A DNA stretch of 60,386 bases, the filler included, from Squatina squatina (Eukaryota): assembly GCA_031763465.1 (NCBI GenBank). It is 3 parts of 3 records of this genome, joined end to end, with 100 filler letters (N's around TTAATTAATTAA, not from the genome) between each part and the next. Parts side by side here need not be neighbours in the genome. Positions count along the whole stretch, not along the records: positions 43,548 to 60,386 come from JARFOE010000057.1; 2 more parts are not named here. The stretch is one strand, 5' to 3'. The notes beneath the pieces were generated by a model. The model worked only from the letters and a program-made list of their open reading frames with translations, was not told the origin of the DNA and ran no database searches. A program made the position numbers and the translations under genes. This document shows, in pieces, positions 52,640 through 60,386 of this stretch (its first letter is position 1; each line of letters begins with the position of its first letter).

Positions 52640-52758
52640 GGAACCTTTCCAAAATTTAATAAATTAAGGGTACGTTTTCAGGTATAAATCTCACATGCAG
52701 TTTGTATAAGTTAAGGAATAATTTACACTGAGGTAGGGTGGAGTCGGGCGCTGGCGTG
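52640..52758 (-). promoter_or_regulatory. NGF 3'UTR with ATTAAA polyA signal (52655-52660)
   Basis: ccctacctcagtgtaaattatt...actgcatg...tttatac...atttattaaattttggaa matches the recalled mammalian NGF 3'UTR. Confidence 0.65.
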
Positions 52759-53466
52759 TCAAGGTTTCCATGTTTTCCTGGTGAGAACGCAGACACAGGC
52801 GGTCCTGATCCTGATGTAGTTCCACCTGATGTGGTTGTGGTCCAGCACCAGCGCTTGGACATGGCTGTCGGTGGTGTCACACTGAGAGTTCCAGTGTCGG
52901 CCGTCGATGCCCCGACAGCCCTGGCTCGTGGGTTTCCTCTTGCGGCAGGTGGTCTCGTAAAACAACTGTCGGACCAGCGTCCCGTTCACGTAGAACTGCG
53001 AGACCACTTCCACCGCTCGGCCCCGAATGTCCAGGGCGCCCTTCTTGTCCACGACCCAGTGGTGCTGCCTGTCGCAGACTGAGAACTGGCCCTGGAGACG
53101 CACCCCCTTGACCTGGCGCTTGAGACGGAGGCTTCGCTGGGATGGCGGCCGCCCAGCGCTGGGGCCGCCGGCCCAGGGACCGCCAGCGGACTGACTGTGG
53201 AACCGGACTCGGGACGAATGCGAGGGTCGGCTTTGGAACACGTGAGGCTCCACATTGAAAGGTGGGAAATCATTCATCCTCGGTCTCGTTCCACCTGCCA
53301 GGCTGTGAGGGGCAGGGGGGGACCCTGGGGGGCTGCGTGTGGGGGTCCTGTGCCCACGGCCCCATGGCGTGGAGTGCAGCACCGCAGCAGCATTGTCAAT
53401 CCTTGGTGAGGCCTCAATGGCACGGAGGGAAACGGTGAGGAGAACACAGCAAAAGACGGACATCAT
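52759..53466 (-). CDS. NGF: Neurotrophin precursor, highly divergent NGF (235 aa; 118-aa mature domain after RLKR)
   Basis: Single coding exon (acceptor ccctttcacag|, exon starts 53474) with a signal peptide, NGF-like prodomain (VEPHVF..SSRVRF), furin site RLKR, six cystine-knot Cys, GCRGID..HWNSQC and IRI.TACVCVL. It aligns without gaps to NGF rather than NT3/BDNF/NT4, and has an NGF-like 3'UTR and synteny. Confidence 0.82.
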   Translation of the reverse strand: MMSVFCCVLLTVSLRAIEASPRIDNAAAVLHSTPWGRGHRTPTRSPPGSPPAPHSLAGGTRPRMNDFPPFNVEPHVFQSRPSHSSRVRFHSQSAGGPWAGGPSAGRPPSQRSLRLKRQVKGVRLQGQFSVCDRQHHWVVDKKGALDIRGRAVEVVSQFYVNGTLVRQLFYETTCRKRKPTSQGCRGIDGRHWNSQCDTTDSHVQALVLDHNHIRWNYIRIRTACVCVLTRKTWKP

Positions 53467-53719
53467 TCATTCACCTGTGAAAGGGAAGTAGAAGCTCAGT
53501 GGCCATTAAGCGAGTCCATTAATTGTGAGCTACGAAAAGCACATAAATACTCCCACATTATACCTGCTTACTTGGCTAATGGAAAGGCTGCTGCTGACTC
53601 CACTTGTGCAGAGATTTAGCTGTCAGGAGTTGGCAGTTCATTTCTGCAACCTCAGAAGCCACTCTCACTACATTGCTAGTCACTATCAGAACACTGAAAG
53701 ATTGGGCCACTGATCTCCA

Positions 53720-54300
53720 CTTTACCTGCCATCTATTAGATCAGCATGGGTGCTGCTTATGCTGTCTCACCTTGAACCTCAGAATCGGACCAAAACGAGC
53801 CCCAGCACCAGCCACACCAGCAGCAGCAGCAACCACAACAGAAGCCTTCTCCCCACAGACCTGATGCTCCACAGGAGAGAGGGGGGGTCAGCATAGGGGT
53901 GCTCCTCACCAGTGTTGATACCCCCAACACAGGGTATACAGGCAGAAAATGAGCTTCCTGGACATGACTGAACAACAGTGCTTCAGGAGGCTCAGACTAT
54001 TACGCCATGCGGCTATATGAGATTTAATTCTGTCATCGGGTTGCTGGATTGCCCCCCTCTCTCCATCTCCCACCGCCAGCAGCTCTGCAACTCCAAAGAT
54101 GTCCAGGGCTTCCTCCTCTGCTGGAGTCAAATTTGTGAAGACTGGAGGGTCACCTCCGGTTCTCTGCCTCTCCTTCTTGTTCTGGGCTCTCTTCTCCAGC
54201 AAGGAGGGAAAGAAGAGAATTTTGAGTGAGAATGACGGAATGAGGGTAAGGAATAGATGGGTCACATCTGTAGAGGGTGACTATGAGGGAGTGGGGTGAC
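53720..54300. mobile_element. Internally deleted Harbinger transposon: HARBI1-like transposase 5' piece (+) fused to Myb/SANT-like gene piece (-)
   Basis: + strand YPQHRVYRQKMSFLDMTEQQCFRRLRL (~53918-54000); - strand EKRAQNKKERQRTGGDPPVFTNLTPAEEEALDIFG (~54090-54200). Confidence 0.75.
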
Positions 54301-55525
54301 AATATCAAATTTGTGGTGTTACTTGCTATGATTGCATTAGGATGAGGGCAAGTATCTGGGGTGGTAAATCAGATGGGGATGTGAGTAAGTATATCGACAG
54401 AGAGGGNNNNNNNNNNNNNNNNNNNNNNNNNNNNNNNNNNNNNNNNNNNNNNNNNNNNNNNNNNNNNNNNNNNNNNNNNNNNNNNNNNNNNNNNNNNNNN
54501 NNNNNNTCCAAGTGTGGAGCAATCACAGAGCAGCCCTTTTTCGCGTGTGCCTGGCAAAGGTATGAAGGGCTGCAGCCAATGAACCGGCCTCTACTACTCA
54601 TATTAAGAACAGAAAGTCGATTTCAACTATAGATAGTTTCAGCTCCCAATGAGGCCAAATGTTGTGTGTGCTTAATACGAGAAGCTCAGCCCAATTTATT
54701 GATCAGATGGTTTATTCTGAAGTCCAAGTTTCCACGTTCCTTTACAAATAGGGTGGAATGTCAGTTCTGTTTCTACCACAGGAAAAAGAATACCGCGCAT
54801 GTGAGAAATCTTCCCAAGGTCAGGCACTCTCCAGCCTCAAAGCCCACTCTGGAGCAGTCCTGGCTCAATGAGATCACAAAATGCAAGTCCTTTTACCAGA
54901 TTTTATTTTGTTTCTACTTTCCTGAATGGAAACAGAACAGATAAGCACATCTCGACCCAAAGAGCCAACCCCGCTGCAACCACCTCAGAACAGATCAGGC
55001 ACAGATCAATTTACTCCCTCTTTCACCACCTAAGTGGTGGAGCAACTCTCAGTCGGAACAGTTCAGACCAAATATCAGGACAACTGCAAAACAGAATGTT
55101 TCACAAAGCTTCAATCTTCATCCCGCTTCTTTAAGTGCATCGTGTAACTTAATGTTTGTGTTCTGTAGCAAAAATCGACAGTTAAGCCAGGGCTACTCCT
55201 CTGCACCCTGCAGGTTCCAAAATGACAGTACTGCCTCGTGGCAGAACCTGTTTCACTGTACAGGTTTCCTCCAGTCCCCAACAGCACAGCTGCAGAAACT
55301 CCGACAAGCCCGTGTGCTTCATTAAATTAAACCATTCATCCTCAGTCAGGCCTCTGCAGTTCAATTGCTTGGAGTCATGATGAAAAAAGGCTACGATGAA
55401 TTCTGATTTCTCTCCCCATAAAATGAGCAGCTGGCACAGAAGGAGGCAGTATTATACGATGACTGACCTCAGTGTCAGTCAGTGACCCAGTAAATGTGGG
55501 GGAACTATGTCTCTTCCAGGTTATC

Positions 55526-55636
55526 TTAAATGCCTATCGAGCGTAAAACTCTCTTCTCTTTTTCATTGAGGTGATCAGAAAACGGCGTGTAGCAGGGCTG
55601 TTGTGCAAACTGACGGAGGTAATCGGTTAGATATGC
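55526..55636 (-). CDS. IPO9: Importin-9 last coding exon
   Basis: tttaatttcag| then [36 protein letters not shown] (human [36 protein letters not shown]). Confidence 0.95.
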   Translation of the reverse strand, partial: AYLTDYLRQFAQQPCYTPFSDHLNEKEKRVLRSIGI

Positions 55637-57246
55637 CTGAAATTAAAAGACAGGATCAGTAAGCATTCACATAAAATATTAGTTGCAACCCTTTCACACT
55701 GGCCTTAATCCTTTTCATTTTACAATGTGCTCCAACACCATGCTGTGTCGTTCAACTGCCACTGTCAGCCATTTGGAGGGAATTTATTTTGTGAACATGG
55801 TGGGATTCTGTGCAGGCCACTTTCCAATTGGGCTGAACAACTCTGATTCATCAGGAGGGACAACATACCCTGCAGAGACATAGTCTCTCGAGAGCTCTCC
55901 GCCTACCAGCTGCCTACTTTTAGCAGTGTTTTTTTTTTAAAGTGAGTCCAGGGCTTTGTCCTGCACCATAATTCCTGACAACCCATTCCACCTGCGTGTA
56001 AAGAAATATTTTCTGATGACTTCTCTAAATATGCCCCTCACCCAGAGTTCACCATGGCGCCCCCCCACCCCCCCCACCGTGTCCTGCTGCTCCAGTGTNN
56101 NNNNNNNNNNNNNNNNNNNNNNNNNNNNNNNNNNNNNNNNNNNNNNNNNNNNNNNNNNNNNNNNNNNNNNNNNNNNNNNNNNNNNNNNNNNNNNNNNNNN
56201 NNNNNNNNNNNNNNNNNNNNNNNNNNNNNNNNNNNNNNNNNNNNNNNNNNNNNNNNNNNNNNNNNNNNNNNNNNNNNNNNNNNNNNNNNNNNNNNNNNNN
56301 NNNNNNNNNNNNNNNNNNNNNNNNNNNNNNNNNNNNNNNNNNNNNNNNNNNNNNNNNNNNNNNNNNNNNNNNNNNNNNNNNNNNNNNNNNNNNNNNNNNN
56401 NNNNNNNNNNNNNNNNNNNNNNNNNNNNNNNNNNNNNNNNNNNNNNNNNNNNNNNNNNNNNNNNNNNNNNNNNNNNNNNNNNNNNNNNNNNNNNNNNNNN
56501 NNNNNNNNNNNNNNNNNNNNNNNNNNNNNNNNNNNNNNNNNNNNNNNNNNNNNNNNNNNNNNNNNNNNNNNNNNNNNNNNNNNNNNNNNNNNNNNNNNNN
56601 NNNNNNNNNNNNNNNNNNNNNNNNNNNNNNNNNNNNNNNNNNNNNNNNNNNNNNNNNNNNNNNNNNNNNNNNNNNNNNNNNNNNNNNNNNNNNNNNNNNN
56701 NNNNNNNNNNNNNNNNNNNNNNNNNNNNNNNNNNNNNNNNNNNNNNNNNNNNNNNNNNNNNNNNNNNNNNNNNTCCCCAACCCGTCTGCAGTCTCTCTCT
56801 CTCCCTTCCCCACCCCGACTGCAATCTCTCTCTTCCCTCTTTCCCCACCCCCGTCTGCAATACTGCTAATTGGGGAGACGAGATCTGTTCCTTTGCAAAC
56901 CGTGCTGTCTATTATTTATTCAATTATTTTTATACACGTACTGTTTCCGATTATTGATTACCTGGTTAAATCAATAATCGGAATAATCCCCAATTATTGA
57001 AGTCAGCTCAAGGGGGGGGGGTGTAGTTCCCAGATTCGGCTCTGCTAACCTTTTTGAAAATGGAAACTATATTTGCCCGATTCCAGTTTTTTGGAAGCTC
57101 CCCAGTGTTCACTGACTCCCTCAAGATGAACACCTGTGCTCCACAAATCTCAGTATTATTTATCTAAAATCTCTGCCGCACTGATGTCAAAATTAACCCC
57201 CCCCACAACCCCCGTCTCACCCTATTTAATGAAGAATCCTAATTAC

Positions 57247-57323
57247 CTGTAAGTCAACCTGATACAAGGGATCCTTCAGAGTGTCTGGATCATCTTCATC
57301 ATCCTCATCATAATAGTCATCAT
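57247..57323 (-). CDS. IPO9: Importin-9 penultimate exon
   Basis: aaacag|77 nt|gtaatt encoding DDDYYDEDDEDDPDTLKDPLYQVDLQ; phases fit both neighbouring exons. Confidence 0.95.
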
Positions 57324-58849
57324 CTGTTTAAATACAGCACACCATTATTGACCCTAACAGCTTCAAATAGGTGCAATATATCAGTATCTGTAGAAATGAC
57401 CTCTCATTATTCAACCAGTCAATAACATCCAAGTACTGAGTCATTAATTAACCGTCCCAACTAATGAGAAATGATTAATGCTAAATTACACTAAAGATGA
57501 TTTAGACTTTGAAATGCTGCTGTCCTGTCCCTCTGGGTGACCGATCCTTTTAAATCAGTGGGAAGGTTGAGGATTCCCGGTCAATTTATGNNNNNNNNNN
57601 NNNNNNNNNNNNNNNNNNNNNNNNNNNNNNNNNNNNNNNNNNNNNNNNNNNNNNNNNNNNNNNNNNNNNNNNNNNNNNNNNNNNNNNNNNNNNNNNNNNN
57701 NNNNNNNNNNNNNNNNNNNNNNNNNNNNNNNNNNNNNNNNNNNNNNNNNNNNNNNNNNNNNNNNNNNNNNNNNNNNNNNNNNNNNNNNNNNNNNNNNNNN
57801 NNNNNNNNNNNNNNNNNNNNNNNNNNNNNNNNNNNNNNNNNNNNNNNNNNNNNNNNNNNNNNNNNNNNNNNNNNNNNNNNNNNNNNNNNNNNNNNNNNNN
57901 NNNNNNNNNNNNNNNNNNNNNNNNNNNNNNNNNNNNNNNNNNNNNNNNNNNNNNNNNNNNNNNNNNNNNNNNNNNNNNNNNNNNNNNNNNNNNNNNNNNN
58001 NNNNNNNNNNNNNNNNNNNNNNNNNNNNNNNNNNNNNNNNNNNNNNNNNNNNNNNNNNNNNNNNNNNNNNNNNNNNNNNNNNNNNNNNNNNNNCATGCAC
58101 TCACCTCTACCTAATAAAGTGGGACAGCATGTTGCTGTGGATTTATCTATGGACTGGCATCACAATTGACCAAAATGATCAACAATTCAAGTGGAGAAAC
58201 CAGAATTTGTCAGCTTCTCCTCGCTGCTTTTTTCTCCTGCTACTGAAGTGCTCAAGATTTGACAGTCGAACACTGCTTCCAAAACACCAAATTGAGTCAC
58301 AACAGAGGAACACGGGCTGTACTTCTGATGGCTTAGTACAGCAACATCCAAACATTTATAGCAGTGGGCCAGAATCGGTGTGCCACCATTAGAAAGTGGG
58401 CCACAAATAGTGAACTCACTTTTAAGTCAGATAGAATTATAATCATGGCAACTAGTTTATCATGGCTGAATAAGTGCAATTGGTTTCTATTACATTAAAT
58501 TCTAGAAATTTTACTGGTACTTGGGGATCACATTCATTATAATTAAGATCACTGGTTTATGGTGACCAAATTAATCAAATTCAGCTTCCGTTACAAAGGA
58601 TTTGGGTTTTATTACTAGTCCTTGGGGAATCCTATTTCGTGAGTCCATTCATTTTCCATGAAACCTGCAAATCTGTATCATGATTGAACACCACTTCCAA
58701 TCTATTTTGTGCTTTTTGGAGTCACTGAATACACTTCCCACCTCCTTCAAGTCTGTCTATCCATCCTCCTCCCACCTTGCTATTTTACCTTTCTCTTGTT
58801 TTTTTCACTTTTCCTTTGTTTGTTCCTTTTGAAATGCTGTTGAGCTGTA

Positions 58850-58940
58850 GTGTCTCCTGACTCTGAGGAAGGATCCTGGATCGAAGGGGTGACATGCTTT
58901 CTCTCAACAGATGCTGAATGCCTCCAGCGGTTTGTTTTGT
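58850..58940 (+). mobile_element. Degenerate Penelope-like terminal fragment
   Basis: ctctgaggaaggatcctggatcgaa...tctctcaacagatgctg. Confidence 0.45.
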
Positions 58941-59212
58941 TACCCATAATTACTCACTTAAAAAATTCAACAGCAATCTTTTAATACTCAAGCAAATAAT
59001 GGCTCCAAATATTACTCACATCTAGGAGAAAAGCCTAACAGAGTTTGATGAATTATAAAACATGGCAATCTCCAGGAACAACAGACAATTAGACCGGCAC
59101 CACAGTGATCCTGACAGTAAAGTAACACATGATATGCACACAAAAGCAGGCAGCTGAATAACATGCCAAAAAACCTAGAGTTGGATGATTAAAAATAGTT
59201 GGAGCTTCTTAC

Positions 59213-59326
59213 CGTATCGAACGCCTGCCCCGGGGTTGAGCAGGTCTGATAACAGCTGTCCCGCTAGACCCTCATCATCCTCTTCCTCATCGTCATCCTG
59301 GTCCTCCCACATGTCATTAACTTCAT
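59213..59326 (-). CDS. IPO9: Importin-9 acidic-loop exon
   Basis: tattcag|114 nt|gtaaga encoding [38 protein letters not shown] (human [27 protein letters not shown]). Confidence 0.93.
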
Positions 59327-59528
59327 CTGAATACACGAGACACAAACATCAGCTTCACAAAGTTATACACACTACAGAAAAAGGTACGTGCTGTACAACG
59401 CGGGAAAAGGGCGCGTGTACACATGCTGNNNNNNNNNNNNNNNNNNNNNNNNNNNNNNNNNNNNNNNNNNNNNNNNNNNNNNNNNNNNNNNNNNNNNNNN
59501 NNNNNNNNNNNNNNNNNNNNNNNNNNNN

Positions 59529-60386
59529 ATTGGCAAAATCCTCTTGTTTTGCGAAGACAGACGCAAGGTACTCATTTAATACCTCAGCTTTCACAAGAAG
59601 ATCTCCTTTTTGGTCGCTAATCAGTCCACCCTTCCTTTGACTACGTTTTTACTATTTATATGTTTATAAAATACTTTTGGGCTCCTTTTTGTTGTTAGCC
59701 AATCCATTCTCAAACTCTCTCTTTGCCCTTCTTATATCCCTTTTTCAGATCTCCTCTGTACTTTCTATATTCAGCTTGGTTTGCTACTGAATTATGAACC
59801 CAACACTTGTCATAAGTCTCCTTTTTCTGCTCCATTTTAATCTCTTTAGCCATCCAGAGAGCTCCAGCCTTGGATGCCCTTCCTTTCCCCCTCGTGGGAG
59901 TGTGTCTGGTCTGAACCCAAACAACCTCATTTACCATCTTACCTGCCAACCTTTGATTCCAATCCACCATAGCCCGATCTGTTTCAACTCACTGAAATTA
60001 GCCCTCCTCCATTGAGTATTTTCGCATGTGATTTTTCCTTGTCTTTTTCCATAACTACTGGAAACCTAATGATATTGTGATTGCTGTTTCCCGCATGCTC
60101 CCTCACTGAAACATGCTCCACCTCATTCCCCAGAACTAGATCCAGTACGCCTTCCTTCCTCGTTGGGCTGGAAACACACTGATCAAGAAAGTCTCTTGTA
60201 CACATTTCAGGATTTCATCCCCCTTTTTGCCCTTTACACTGTTATTTTCCCAGTCTATATTAGGAGAATTGAAGTCCCCCATTATCACAACTCTAAAGTT
60301 CTTGCATCTTTCTGCAATTTGCTCCTTGAACCTCCTTCCCATTATTTGGTGGCCTATAGTTACCACCCAGCAGCGTAATAGCTCCT
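59529..60386 (-). mobile_element. CR1 LINE ORF2 fragment (endonuclease to linker), frameshifted
   Basis: VVIMGDFNSPNIDW; LDQCVSSPTRKEGVLDLVLGNE; AEVLNEYLASVF. Confidence 0.9.

Noticed and set aside
52759-53466. Calling the neurotrophin NTF4 (next to KCNA7), NTF3 or NT-6/7
   Set aside because: Loop lengths match NGF, there is no NT-4 or NT-6/7 insertion, the UTR is NGF-like, and the neighbours are KCNA2/KCNA10/TSPAN2/CEPT1-type genes.
55783-55869. Apparent minus-strand terminal exon YVVPPDESELFSPIGKW...*
   Set aside because: It lies within the last IPO9 intron and matches no protein I recognise.
55937-58169. Long ORFs in the track (also 13665-14351 and 51366-51938)
   Set aside because: They are read-through of N gaps.

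Overview
Vertebrate DNA, almost certainly a cartilaginous fish (shark), judged from Deu-domain SINEs, CR1/RTE LINE tails, Penelope-type and Harbinger-type repeats. It comes from a very fragmented draft assembly. Two artificial N44-TTAATTAATTAA-N44 linkers (25198-25209, 43492-43503) split the window into three unrelated scaffolds, each made of short contigs joined mostly by 100-N gaps. Scaffold 1 (1-25153) holds PPP1R12A/MYPT1 exons and a probable 3'UTR (+), converging on the SYT1 3'UTR and first coding exon (-). Scaffold 2 (25254-43447) has no recognisable coding exon; it carries many fold-back MITEs, a Penelope hammerhead-like motif and an intron-containing tRNA-Leu(CAA) pseudogene. Scaffold 3 (43548-60386) samples the human 1p13/1q32 linkage group: a CEPT1 exon, a TSPAN2-like exon, three Kv1 (KCNA10-like and KCNA2-like) fragments, a complete neurotrophin coding exon and the last three IPO9 exons. 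Most of these exons are missed by the ORF track. Two observations stand out. First, the neurotrophin is NGF by indel pattern, 3'UTR and synteny, yet only about half identical to mammalian NGF, with changes at normally invariant positions. Second, two different Kv1 paralogues share an identical S3-S4 linker, suggesting gene conversion across the voltage sensor and pore. All comparisons to known genes are from memory, not database searches.
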